This document shows positions 38,624 through 47,804 of a stretch of DNA of 64,000 nt, piece by piece (positions within the stretch are counted from its first letter, which is position 1; each line of letters starts with the position of its first letter). A program made the position numbers and the translations under genes. Under the pieces are notes generated by a model. That model did no database searches and had not been told where the DNA came from. It saw only the letters and a list, made by a program, of their open reading frames with translations. The stretch is from a virus (Duplodnaviria > Caudoviricetes): the IMG/VR virus record IMGVR_UViG_3300024309_000086, positions 2,398-66,397 of that record, one strand, 5' to 3'.

Positions 38624-39019
38624 TCAAAACGGCGCCTCCTCCCTCAACAACCGCCGCAACGTGTCCCCGAACGCCATGACGATGCGCTTGCAGAGCATCT
38701 TGGCGTCGAGCTCATCGAAGTGGTTCAGGTCGGAAATCCCGCGCTCGTCGATGATGGCGCCAAGTTCCTCGAGACACCCATCAAGGGCCTTGAGTTCGTA
38801 CAGATCGAACCGCCGCATGTCGCGGACGGCCTCGATCAGGGCGGCGCATTCTATGCAGAGATAGCCGGGATCACGCTGGGCGTGGTCGCGGTGGGCTGGC
38901 GTGCCACCCCCCACGCCGAACGCCCGCATCGAGCAGACGCGGCAGACGGTCGGGTTGCCGTGTTCGTCTTCCGTCGGACTGATCGGCAGTATGGGCTTGC
39001 CTAAAGGAAGGGGCGTCAT
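38624..39019 (-). CDS. Hypothetical zinc-binding protein (DUF6511-like)
   Basis: CRVC and CIEC pairs. Confidence 0.65.
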   Translation of the reverse strand: MTPLPLGKPILPISPTEDEHGNPTVCRVCSMRAFGVGGGTPAHRDHAQRDPGYLCIECAALIEAVRDMRRFDLYELKALDGCLEELGAIIDERGISDLNHFDELDAKMLCKRIVMAFGDTLRRLLREEAPF

Positions 39020-39849
39020 GCTGCCACCGCCGAAAATAGATCGTTGTCATTTGCGGCGAGCTGTTGCGGGGCAACCGCTGGCCGCTCCATGGGTTGCGGT
39101 TCCGACACCGCTTCCGGGAAGTCGACACAAACGATCTCGCAGAGCGGCGAGACGCCCTTCCATTCATTCTGGTAGAAGGCGGTATCAATGCCGCAGCCAG
39201 CATCGAAGTGAAGGCCGGTCAATTCCTGGAACTTCACGGCCTTGCCATCTTTCTGGCGCTCGTAGTGCTGCTTGCCGCTATAGTTGAACCCGGCCGACAT
39301 CTGCGGCACGATGAAGGCGCCCTCGTCCGCCAGGTGCGCAGCTATGTCGATGACGTGGAACTCGAACTCGGCGCCTGTGTAGCGTGGACTGTTGCGCGCG
39401 CGCTTGATCTTGCCAAACGGCGGGTTGCTGATGGCGATGTCGAACCTGCCAAGATCCATGTCGAGCACGTCCAGCACGTCGGCGAGGATCCACTCAGCCT
39501 CCGGCAGTATCTTCTGCCCAACGGCGAGATAGTCTGGGTTCCTCTCGACGCAGGTGATGCGGGCCTTATGGTGGCTTCGGTGCCAGCAAGCATAGGACAG
39601 CATGCCGATACCAGCGCACAGGTCGATGATGCGCCCGCCGTAACCGCCCTGCCCGATTGCGTCGATCGTGAAGCAGAAGGCCATGTCATATGGCGTGAAG
39701 AATGCCCCGGCCGCCCCGTTGATGTGGTTGGCGCCCTCGTTCCAGTTCTTCAGAACGAAGTCCTTGTCCTCTTCGGTCAGCACCGGCTTGGTGAGCAGGT
39801 CGCACGCCTGCGCGTGGGCCTTCGCCTGAGCTTTGGTGAGTTTAGCCAT
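39016..39849 (-). CDS. SAM-dependent DNA amino-methyltransferase
   Basis: FFTP, DLCAGIG, ISNPPF. Confidence 0.85.
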   Translation of the reverse strand: MAKLTKAQAKAHAQACDLLTKPVLTEEDKDFVLKNWNEGANHINGAAGAFFTPYDMAFCFTIDAIGQGGYGGRIIDLCAGIGMLSYACWHRSHHKARITCVERNPDYLAVGQKILPEAEWILADVLDVLDMDLGRFDIAISNPPFGKIKRARNSPRYTGAEFEFHVIDIAAHLADEGAFIVPQMSAGFNYSGKQHYERQKDGKAVKFQELTGLHFDAGCGIDTAFYQNEWKGVSPLCEIVCVDFPEAVSEPQPMERPAVAPQQLAANDNDLFSAVAA

Positions 39850-40448
39850 TATGCAACCCTCTCGAACAGGTCGGCACTGTTATCGTTCGCCGCATCGAAC
39901 TTCCCCGTCTGATTGCCCCAGCAATCCCATCCGGGCTTACTTTCTCGGCTGAACATCTCGAGACGGTCGGCATTCGGAAACATACGTTCCAAGTTCAAAT
40001 GCATCTCATCCGGCTTGCGGCTATGCTCGCGCGTTGGTGCTACGATGAGGTTGCGCACGTTCTTGACCTCCGATTTCGGATTCCCTCGCGTGCCGACTAG
40101 GAAGAACTCGGCGGAACATCTCAGCAGATAGCCAGTGCCGAAGGCCCATTTGCTACCCGTCGACGATTGCTTCGCCCAAGCGCCGGCGGTCTTGTATTTG
40201 AATCCCCACGCGGCCAGCACGTCGAGCGCCTGGTCCAGCATAGGCTGGACGGCCCACATCATCATGAGGCAGTCGGGCTTAGCCAAGTCTGAAACGGGCA
40301 AAGCCTTGATGGCGTCCAGCGTCATCAAGGGGTAATGTTTGCTCGCGGATTTCTGTTGGTTCTCTTCGTTCCATGTCCGGAATCGCCACGGCGGATCCGA
40401 CAGGATCACGTCATAGCGCTTTCCGCCAAGTTCGGCGAACGGGTTCAT
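39849..40448 (-). CDS. MT-A70 family adenine methyltransferase
   Basis: DPPW, HYPLM, EHSRKP, LEMFSR. Confidence 0.92.
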   Translation of the reverse strand: MNPFAELGGKRYDVILSDPPWRFRTWNEENQQKSASKHYPLMTLDAIKALPVSDLAKPDCLMMMWAVQPMLDQALDVLAAWGFKYKTAGAWAKQSSTGSKWAFGTGYLLRCSAEFFLVGTRGNPKSEVKNVRNLIVAPTREHSRKPDEMHLNLERMFPNADRLEMFSRESKPGWDCWGNQTGKFDAANDNSADLFERVA

Positions 40449-40498
40449 TTCTTCTCCTCTTGTGTGGTCCCCGCACGTTGGTAGCGTGCGGGGTGATG

Positions 40499-40720
40499 TT
40501 AGTGGGCGATGGCCGCCCGGCGTATCTGCACGGCTGATAGCCGCAGCCCGGCAGCGGATGCGCCGTGGTGGATGGCTGCCTGGGCGGCGCGGTCGCGGAT
40601 GTCCTTGGCCAGCCTGGGTTCGTCGTTCGCGATATCACGGCACGCCGCTGCCTGTTTGTCGTGCCACTGGGCGGCGAGATTGTAGGCGGTGGCGAGGTCG
40701 TGGGGTGTGGCGTCTGTCAT
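40499..40720 (-). CDS. Hypothetical protein
   Basis: Coupled ORF in the early operon. Confidence 0.5.
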   Translation of the reverse strand: MTDATPHDLATAYNLAAQWHDKQAAACRDIANDEPRLAKDIRDRAAQAAIHHGASAAGLRLSAVQIRRAAIAH

Positions 40721-41238
40721 GCCGCTGCCGGAACCGCCATCCACGCGATGGGATTGGCAGCCTCCTCGAATTCACTGCCGTAGCGAAACCACCAGTCTGG
40801 CCACGAAATGGTCTTCTGGGCCCACTCATCATAGTCGCTGTCGCCGCCGCCCCAGACCAGAACGTGCGGGCCGTCCTGCACGCGTCCCAAACCTTCTGCG
40901 CTACATCCGTAATCTGTGAGGCGCCCGGTGGCTTCATCGTGATATGGGTCGGCGTCGTGTCGGCAGAGACCGAGAATCGGACGGTCCTTTGGCGCAGACG
41001 ACATGTCGTAGTTCCATGTGGAGAGGCTTCTCAGTAGTTCCGCTTCCTCTCGCATGGTGATCATATCGTCCCTTATAGTCTCCGCGTATTGCTCAAGCTC
41101 CTCAAACTCTCTGCGGCTTGGTGTGCCGCCGCCTTGTTGCTCGGCAACAATCGGGCGGGTTTCGCAGTACGGGCACGGGCCACCAGCGCCGCCGTAGCAA
41201 CGATCATGCGCATTCACGCATTTTGCATCATCGCCCAT
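40717..41238 (-). CDS. Hypothetical protein (DUF551-like C-terminus)
   Basis: WNYDMSSAPKDRPILG...ANPIAWMAVP. Confidence 0.55.
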   Translation of the reverse strand: MGDDAKCVNAHDRCYGGAGGPCPYCETRPIVAEQQGGGTPSRREFEELEQYAETIRDDMITMREEAELLRSLSTWNYDMSSAPKDRPILGLCRHDADPYHDEATGRLTDYGCSAEGLGRVQDGPHVLVWGGGDSDYDEWAQKTISWPDWWFRYGSEFEEAANPIAWMAVPAAA

Positions 41239-41963
41239 CACGCCGCCACCTTCCGCTCCACCACCCGGAACCCCGGCACCTGCCGCAAACCACCACGCAC
41301 GCATTCGTCAGCATTCCGCTGCGCCACGGCCAGCACCTCATCCTTGGCGCGCGCCCACAGCCAGTCCATAGCGGCCTCCTCGTCGACCAGAACAGCCTCC
41401 CAAACAGTCCTAAGCCCCAGTCCAGTCGTCGCCGCTTTCTCGCTGCGGCGCGCCGTCTTCTCCAGCGCCTTGGCGTCGGCCAGCAACTCCTCTGCGGCTT
41501 CCCGCTCGGCAAGATTGCCGGCGCTGGCCTGCATAGCTTCCTGTGCGGCAAGGCGGGCGGCCTCTGCCTCTGCGGCAATGCGCGCCGCCTCTGCCGCTTT
41601 TTCTGCGGCAACCTTCTGGCGCCAGGGGGTTAGGAGCGCGTCGAGAGCCGACTTGGCCATGTCGACGCGGCCCTTCTTCGGCTGGACGTAGGGATTGTAT
41701 TTGTCCTGCACGGCCTTGGCCGCGTCATCGTGAGGTTTCTTCTCCTCGACGCGCAAAACATCAGCCTTCTTGCCGGCCTCGTGGATGCCCTCGCGCAGTG
41801 CGGTGATGGCGTCGGCCATTTCCTGACTGGTGATCGGCTCGCCATCCGCCCAGTTCTTGGCCTCGTCGTACAGGTCGTCGATCTCCTGGAACAGGAGAAG
41901 TTCGGGTGGCTGGTTGTCCTGTGGGGTGATGAGGCGGGTGGCCACGGGGTCGAAGTCTGTCAT
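41238..41963 (-). CDS. Coiled-coil phage protein
   Basis: 241 aa helical ORF ending VPGFRVVE. Confidence 0.7.
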   Translation of the reverse strand: MTDFDPVATRLITPQDNQPPELLLFQEIDDLYDEAKNWADGEPITSQEMADAITALREGIHEAGKKADVLRVEEKKPHDDAAKAVQDKYNPYVQPKKGRVDMAKSALDALLTPWRQKVAAEKAAEAARIAAEAEAARLAAQEAMQASAGNLAEREAAEELLADAKALEKTARRSEKAATTGLGLRTVWEAVLVDEEAAMDWLWARAKDEVLAVAQRNADECVRGGLRQVPGFRVVERKVAA

Positions 41964-42124
41964 ACCCTGCCCTCCGCTTCGGCGCGGGCTCGCGACAGCC
42001 TGTTCTGCTCAGCGATGAACGCGTCTATTTCATCGTCATAATCTCGATCGGAAATGGCGCCGCTTTCGCGCGCACGGTCAAGATTGCGCAGTTCCTCAGG
42101 CTCTTCCTGTCTTCTCGTCATCAT
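41960..42124 (-). CDS. Hypothetical protein (54 aa)
   Basis: Hand-translated; AGAGGAGAC RBS; ATGA coupling. Confidence 0.5.
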   Translation of the reverse strand: MMTRRQEEPEELRNLDRARESGAISDRDYDDEIDAFIAEQNRLSRARAEAEGRV

Positions 42125-42163
42125 TCGTCTCCTCTTGGTATGGTGGTCGCGCTTGGTGGGCGC

Positions 42164-42646
42164 TCAGGCTGCGGCTTGCCGCCAAACAGCATTAAGTTCC
42201 TTCATGGTGGTTCCGAAGTCACGGTGTAGAATGCCGATGCCGCCTTCCTCGCGCCAGCAGTCGATATTCCGCTGAAAGTCGTCGATAAGGATATCGCCTG
42301 GCGCGTGCATGAATAGTGGCTTGTTCCTCCCGCCCATCACGGGCAAGATCACTGCATCGCTGCAAAGGTTCTTCCTTACCCACGCCCGCTTCTGCCTCGC
42401 CACATGAGCGTAATTTGACTTAGGGCATGCCGTCAGGATGATCGGCGAGAGGTGCTTGATCAGCCGGTAAAACTGCGCAGCGCCATCGCACAGAGGCATG
42501 TCGAAGAAATATGAGGGGTGGGCATTGATGGTGGCCCACATCGCGTCATCCGCCATGTCGCGATGGTCCAGCCCGAACGTCTGCGGGAAATGCGCGTCAA
42601 AATCGGCCATTACGCCGTCAATGTCCAGGTAGACCCTCGTCATCAT
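42164..42646 (-). CDS. HAD-family 5'(3')-deoxyribonucleotidase-like protein
   Basis: YLDIDGVMADF, ILTA, ILIDD. Confidence 0.85.
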   Translation of the reverse strand: MMTRVYLDIDGVMADFDAHFPQTFGLDHRDMADDAMWATINAHPSYFFDMPLCDGAAQFYRLIKHLSPIILTACPKSNYAHVARQKRAWVRKNLCSDAVILPVMGGRNKPLFMHAPGDILIDDFQRNIDCWREEGGIGILHRDFGTTMKELNAVWRQAAA

Positions 42647-42683
42647 TAGTCTCCTCTAAGCGCTATAGTCGGTTGGTACACGC

Positions 42684-42712
42684 AACCTAATGCATTTTTA
42701 CAATTTTGTCAA
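42684..42712 (-). promoter_or_regulatory. Repeated phage promoter/operator, copy 3
   Basis: TTGACA-AAATTGTAAAAATGCAT(17)-TAGGTT. Confidence 0.82.
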
Positions 42713-42719
42713 GTTGGCG

Positions 42720-44453
42720 TCAGAATGGAATCGCGTCATCCATGGCTGCGGCTAGCTTCTTTGTCGCATTGTCATTCGCAGCCGCAGGCAGATTGTCGTT
42801 GGCGACGACATGCGAAACCACATCCCAGTACTTATCTCTCGGCTTGACCATGATCTCGGCTGTGTCCCGCAACTCGCCCTGCCTCTCTAGCCACTCCATC
42901 ACCGTCTTCGGCATGGGGCGTAGCCCGCCGTGCTGTATCCACCACCGATCGGCCTTGCTCTTTGCGAATCCCGTGTGCTGCGGGCACAGCCATTCATTCA
43001 CCTGCGACATGCCGACGGTGTAGACGACCTTCACGCTGTCTGGCTTGCCGCCCTTTCCTTCGTGGTGCCAGAAAGTCCTTTTCTTGACAGCCCTGCCCTC
43101 AGCGGGCGCGTTCGACAGCACCGGGGCGTCTGCAGCCTCGGCCGTGATCTTCACGTTGTCGCTCGGCGGGAAGACGTAACCGCAGCAGTGGCAGGTCTTG
43201 GCAGATGCATGGATTAGCTCGCCGCACCCCCACGCGCCGTTGATGTCCTGCACGGCGCCAGGCGTCTCTTCGGTCGGGCAAGTCTTACGGGGCGGCTCCC
43301 CTTCACCGCTGCCAGGTGCCTTCGGCCTGATCTGGTCGATAGGTCCGTGGTAGGCTAAATTCTTTCCGTGATCGGCAATGAGGCATTCCGTCTTGCCGGG
43401 CGAATTGCGCGTTCCCCTTCCCAAAATCTGCACCAGCTTGCCGGCCGACTTGGTCGACAGAATCAAGCTGATGAAATCCACGAACGGGAAATTGGTGCCA
43501 GTCGTGATCATCGAGACCGACGAAATAGCCCAGTATTTTCCGGAGCGAAAGCCCTCGAAAATCTCCTTCGTCTGATGCGCGTTGTCGCTGGTCAGAACCG
43601 CACATGTGCGGCCGTGCCGGCGGATGGCCTGCGCGACGTGGTTGGCGTTGTCCTTGCTGGTGCTGAAGAACAGCCCCGCGCGCCTGCCGGCGGAAATAGC
43701 CATGTCTTCGGCGACAGCCGCCTCGATGATGCGCTCTGCCGCCGCAGAAATCTGCCCAGGAATGTACTCTCCGCCGCGCGTGCCGACGCCCTTGAGGTCG
43801 ATCTTCGCCGCGGTGCGCGCGCTTGTGAGGCGGGTCAGGAACCCCTTTTCGATAAGCTCACCGATGCCGATCTCGTACACGACATCGTCGAACAGCTTGA
43901 ACTTGACCGGGTTGCCGTCGTCGTCAACCGCGTCGTCGTCGTCGAGTTCGTCGGTCAGGCGGCCGCAATCCATGCGATAGTCGGTCGCTGTCGTGCCGCA
44001 TGTCCGGCTGTCCGGATTGGCCTCACGCACCGCCTTGAAGAACTTGCCATACTGGGTGTTGGCGTTCCGACTGATGGCGTGCGCCTCGTCGACAATAACC
44101 AGGTCGATCGGGCCAAGCTGCTCAACCTTGTTCCAAACCGACTGGATGCCGCAGAATAGAATCTGCGCGTGAGCGTCGCGTCTGTTCAGGCCAGCGGAAT
44201 AGATACCGGCCGGAGCGAACGGGCTGAGTTTGATAAACTCCTCAAAATTCTGGCCGACCAGACTGGCGGAGTGCGTGACGTTGAGAATCCTCATGTCCGG
44301 ATAGTCGGCCAGCAGTTCCTCAATTAATTTAGCAATAACTAATGCTTTGCCCGCACCTGTCGGAAGCACGATCAGACCGTTGCCGCCGTCGTTGCGCCAA
44401 TACTCGTAGAGGGCGTCGAGGCTTTGGCGTTGATAATAGCGGAGATCAAGCAC
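42720..44453 (-). CDS. Superfamily 2 (DEAH) helicase
   Basis: LRYYQ, PTGAGK, DEAH, TAT, TTGTN, QILGRGTR; C-terminal Zn ribbon. Confidence 0.93.
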   Translation of the reverse strand: MLDLRYYQRQSLDALYEYWRNDGGNGLIVLPTGAGKALVIAKLIEELLADYPDMRILNVTHSASLVGQNFEEFIKLSPFAPAGIYSAGLNRRDAHAQILFCGIQSVWNKVEQLGPIDLVIVDEAHAISRNANTQYGKFFKAVREANPDSRTCGTTATDYRMDCGRLTDELDDDDAVDDDGNPVKFKLFDDVVYEIGIGELIEKGFLTRLTSARTAAKIDLKGVGTRGGEYIPGQISAAAERIIEAAVAEDMAISAGRRAGLFFSTSKDNANHVAQAIRRHGRTCAVLTSDNAHQTKEIFEGFRSGKYWAISSVSMITTGTNFPFVDFISLILSTKSAGKLVQILGRGTRNSPGKTECLIADHGKNLAYHGPIDQIRPKAPGSGEGEPPRKTCPTEETPGAVQDINGAWGCGELIHASAKTCHCCGYVFPPSDNVKITAEAADAPVLSNAPAEGRAVKKRTFWHHEGKGGKPDSVKVVYTVGMSQVNEWLCPQHTGFAKSKADRWWIQHGGLRPMPKTVMEWLERQGELRDTAEIMVKPRDKYWDVVSHVVANDNLPAAANDNATKKLAAAMDDAIPF

Positions 44454-44844
44454 GGGGGGCCTCCTCGAACGGCACGCCAGCAGCAATCAGCCGTCGGCGC
44501 ATGTCGGCCGTGCCCGCGCCACCGGGAAACACCAGCCCGTAGTCAGGGCGGCCCTCATCGATCATCTGCTGGTTGCGACGCGGTCCGGCATTGGCGTCAT
44601 AGAGCTTGCCGTCACGACGGCGGCGCACCATGGCCTCTGGATGGTCGATATCATCCCATGGCGCAGGATAAAGCTCCACGGTGATGCCGCGACGAACCGC
44701 CCATACACGCGCGCGCTTATCAAGGCCGTCCGCCTCGCCCTCAATCAGGACGCTGATGGGGTGGCGGGCATGAAGGTCGTCGAGCGCCGCGAATGCGCGC
44801 TCCGTGTCGCTGTAGTCGCGACCGCCGGTCACTACTAGCCGCAT
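44446..44844 (-). CDS. SLOG/YspA-like (DUF2493) protein
   Basis: VVTGGRDY, EGEADGLD, GPRRNQQM, FPGGAGTADM. Confidence 0.85.
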   Translation of the reverse strand: MRLVVTGGRDYSDTERAFAALDDLHARHPISVLIEGEADGLDKRARVWAVRRGITVELYPAPWDDIDHPEAMVRRRRDGKLYDANAGPRRNQQMIDEGRPDYGLVFPGGAGTADMRRRLIAAGVPFEEAPRA

Positions 44845-44968
44845 CGCTTCTTCCCCTCCTCCCGCGCAAACGCCTGCGCCAGCCGGATGGCGTCTTCGCG
44901 CACCACGATCCAGCCGGCATCGCGCAAGGCGGCCAGTTGCTCTGGCCCGATGATGTCGCGCGGGTGCT

Positions 44969-45445
44969 TCATGCTGCCGCCCTCAGTTGGGTGCGGGCCA
45001 CCTTGAGGCGCTGGCAGACGCGCGGGCCAGTCACACCAACCATCTTGCCGACAGCGACCTGGCTGTGCCCGAGAGCGGCTAGGATTACCTCCCGCCCACC
45101 TTCCTTCAGACCGGCGACGTTCCGCAGCGTGCAGTAGACCTCGGCGGCATGCTCCTGGTGCGCTTCCTCTGCTATTTCTATTTCTTCAATGTCGACATGG
45201 CTGTATCTTGTTGCGACGCGACGGTTCCAATGCGCCTTCGAACGAATGGTCAGCTTGCACCAGCGTACAAAATTTCCCTCTTCGCGGTACGATCTCCAGT
45301 TGGTCAGAACCGACTCGATGGCATCACTAAGTGCGTCTTCTGCTTCGCTTTTGGTGCGCGTTATGTGCCGAGCGTAGCGTCGCAGTTCCGGCATGGCGGC
45401 ATGCAGTTGCGCATCAAACTCCGCTGGTCGGTTGGTGTTGGTCAT
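44969..45445 (-). CDS. ECF-type sigma factor-like protein
   Basis: LRRYARHITRTKSEAEDALSD (region 2), FVRW, C-terminal region-4 HTH. Confidence 0.8.
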   Translation of the reverse strand: MTNTNRPAEFDAQLHAAMPELRRYARHITRTKSEAEDALSDAIESVLTNWRSYREEGNFVRWCKLTIRSKAHWNRRVATRYSHVDIEEIEIAEEAHQEHAAEVYCTLRNVAGLKEGGREVILAALGHSQVAVGKMVGVTGPRVCQRLKVARTQLRAAA

Positions 45446-45505
45446 TCTCGTCTCCTCTTGTGGTCAGGCAGCCTTGGTGGGGCTGCTGTTGATTGCGGCT
45501 GTTGG

Positions 45506-46444
45506 TCAGCGCGTTTGGTCTGCCTGCGCCCCGTCACGCCACAGCGTGCCGTCGGGCATGCGGTATTCGACCCATTCCTCTTCCTCGCTGCAGTCGACTT
45601 GTTCTCCCGGAACGAGCGCCGGAATATGCAGATGAGCGGGGCAGCCTTCCTTCTGCTCATCGAAGGACAGTGGCTTGCCCCAGCGTCCGCATGACCAGTG
45701 GCCGTCGCCGCCCATCTCGGGCGTGCTGTAGAGGCAGGAGCGGCACGTCACGCGCGGCCATACCTCGCCCCAGCAGACGGCGGCCTGCCGGCAGAACATG
45801 CCGCGGAAGTCGTCGCGCTTACTGCAAAGGCGCGTTGGCGGCTCATTCGAGGCAATGATGCGCTCCAAACGTGCCAACAGCCGAAGGCAATATTCAGCAT
45901 CGTACTCGATGCGCTCCGAATAGCGCTCATCCGTGTTCTTGTTCACGACGAGGTAGAGGCCGCGCGTCAGGCCGAAGGCGTGCATGCCGAGCTGCACCTG
46001 GGCGTAGTGTAGCGGCTTGGCTTCCTTGCAGCCCTGCTTGACGATGGCCTTGAAGTCCTTGTCGTTGGATGACTTGAACTCGCAAAGGTGGACCTTGGCA
46101 GGAGCCTCCGGTACGCCTGTAGCGCGTCCATCGATCTTCCCGCGGACATGACCCGACACAAGGCGGATGCGGTCCTGCTGGCCTGTAACCTCACAGCCGA
46201 TGGCCTCGAGGTCTTCGACCAAGCGGGATTCCCACATGTCGCCAGTGCGGAAGATGCTGATTTTCCGACCGTCCGGGCGCTCGGGATCGGAGCACCAACG
46301 AAAGATGTACCATAGCGAGCGATCGCACTCCATGGCGGAGACACCGACGGAGATGCCAAGGCTGTCGTAGTGCTCGTTCGTGGCCTCGTAGGCACGATAG
46401 ATCGCTGCTACCGTGCCTGTTTGGGGCTTGGGGATTGGGGCCAC
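45506..46444 (-). CDS. PD-(D/E)xK exonuclease (Cas4/YqaJ-like)
   Basis: ECDRSLWY, GKIDG, EFKS, YAQVQ, conserved Cys cluster. Confidence 0.85.
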   Translation of the reverse strand: MAPIPKPQTGTVAAIYRAYEATNEHYDSLGISVGVSAMECDRSLWYIFRWCSDPERPDGRKISIFRTGDMWESRLVEDLEAIGCEVTGQQDRIRLVSGHVRGKIDGRATGVPEAPAKVHLCEFKSSNDKDFKAIVKQGCKEAKPLHYAQVQLGMHAFGLTRGLYLVVNKNTDERYSERIEYDAEYCLRLLARLERIIASNEPPTRLCSKRDDFRGMFCRQAAVCWGEVWPRVTCRSCLYSTPEMGGDGHWSCGRWGKPLSFDEQKEGCPAHLHIPALVPGEQVDCSEEEEWVEYRMPDGTLWRDGAQADQTR

Positions 46445-46656
46445 TATACCGCCCACCCCATAAACCGCTTCATCGTGTCGCCTATGCGAGCGGCAACGCC
46501 GCAGTGCTCTACGGTCCGTCCATAGGTGGTCATGTGCTCACCGTGCGGCTCCGGGCTGTCGTGGCAGCGACGGGCGTAGACGACGACCTGGTCATAGCCG
46601 TAGTCGTCGGCGATGCGCTTGGCTGCGCTGATCGGGATTGCTGTCATGTCACGCAT
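46444..46656 (-). CDS. Hypothetical protein
   Basis: Coupled ORF. Confidence 0.55.
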   Translation of the reverse strand: MRDMTAIPISAAKRIADDYGYDQVVVYARRCHDSPEPHGEHMTTYGRTVEHCGVAARIGDTMKRFMGWAV

Positions 46657-46846
46657 CGAGCAGCTTCCTTTCGATGTCGTAACAATCGTCGCCGCCAGTG
46701 TAGCCACCCGTGTGCGTGATGCGGTGCGTTGTGCCGTCCTGCATAGTGATCACCAAGGCCGCGGATGTGTACAAGCGATCCCAGTGGACGCTGGCAACCA
46801 GATCCTTGTTCACGGATAGTTCTCGCGTGAGGCGCGTAAGGGCCAT
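46649..46846 (-). CDS. Hypothetical protein
   Basis: AAGGAGG RBS before MALTRL. Confidence 0.55.
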   Translation of the reverse strand: MALTRLTRELSVNKDLVASVHWDRLYTSAALVITMQDGTTHRITHTGGYTGGDDCYDIERKLLDA

Positions 46847-47021
46847 CAGACTGCCTCCTTGTTGGTGATATCTTTGGTCGTGGCATCTCGCCAATGCGTC
46901 GTCGTCCACTCGTCGTAGTAACCAGACCCGTTTAGGTCTTTCATGTGGAAGGCGGTGTACTCGACCTGCAGGATAAGCTTGCCGCGCCAGTTGGTGCGGT
47001 GGCGTGTTCGTCCGGTGAGAG

Positions 47022-47297
47022 TCACAGATCCATCTCCTTCGTGAACGGGCAGCGAACGGGATTGGCAGGGTCATCGCTGAAGTTGGTGCAATGGCCCATG
47101 CCATACCGCCATACCCACTGCGGTGGGTATTCTCCGGCATGAGCGGCCGCGAGGATTTCGCAGCCATCATTGTTCTCCATGTCCTGCCGGAATGCGGCAT
47201 CGCGAGAACAATGCTCGCAATACCGGCTTTCAAAGATGCAACCTTCCGTCCCGTTAGACGGACGGAAGGGCTTGCCGTTTGCTGGAGGCCAGATCAT
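47022..47297 (-). CDS. Hypothetical Cys-rich protein
   Basis: FRPSNGTEG...CEHC. Confidence 0.6.
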   Translation of the reverse strand: MIWPPANGKPFRPSNGTEGCIFESRYCEHCSRDAAFRQDMENNDGCEILAAAHAGEYPPQWVWRYGMGHCTNFSDDPANPVRCPFTKEMDL

Positions 47298-47800
47298 GCG
47301 ATCCTCGCGAAGTCACCACGTATATCATTGGCGGCGACAACGTATGCTTGGTGAGCCTCTTCCGCGGTCGGAAAGCATCCGAGATGAATCAGTTTGTTGT
47401 TGACGCGGATTCGTGAAAAGAACCGACCCTGTTTCTTATGGAAACTGACGCCCTTGAAGCCAGTGCCGCTGATCTTCTTATTTAGGGGCTTGTTTGATTG
47501 GTTTTGCGACTGAGTTGCCTCGCGAAGATTTGACAACCTGTTGTCAGAACAATCGACATTTACGTGGTCGATCTGATGCTTAGGCCACCTGCCATAAACG
47601 TAGAACCAAGCCAGCCGATGAGCATAGAATCGCTCGCCATCGATCATAATGCGGCGATATCCTGCTGTGTCTGCCGATCCTGCCAGGTCGCCGACGTACC
47701 CTTTGCCGATCTTTTTCAACCAAGTGAAATTGCCCGTCTCTGGGCAATAATGCAGCACCTCGAAGAGCCGCTCCTGTGTCAACTTTGACATTGTCGTCAA
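47294..47800 (-). CDS. HNH-AP2 homing-type endonuclease
   Basis: YAHRLAW, IDHVN, NRLSNLR; AP2 C-terminus GFKGV...LGCF. Confidence 0.9.
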   Translation of the reverse strand: MTTMSKLTQERLFEVLHYCPETGNFTWLKKIGKGYVGDLAGSADTAGYRRIMIDGERFYAHRLAWFYVYGRWPKHQIDHVNVDCSDNRLSNLREATQSQNQSNKPLNKKISGTGFKGVSFHKKQGRFFSRIRVNNKLIHLGCFPTAEEAHQAYVVAANDIRGDFARIA

Positions 47801-47804
47801 CTCC

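Noticed and set aside
42700-42716. Unit 5 guide targeting promoter copy 3 (AACTTGACA versus spacer AACTTGACG)
   Set aside because: Only 8/9 on one half, and the second half does not match.
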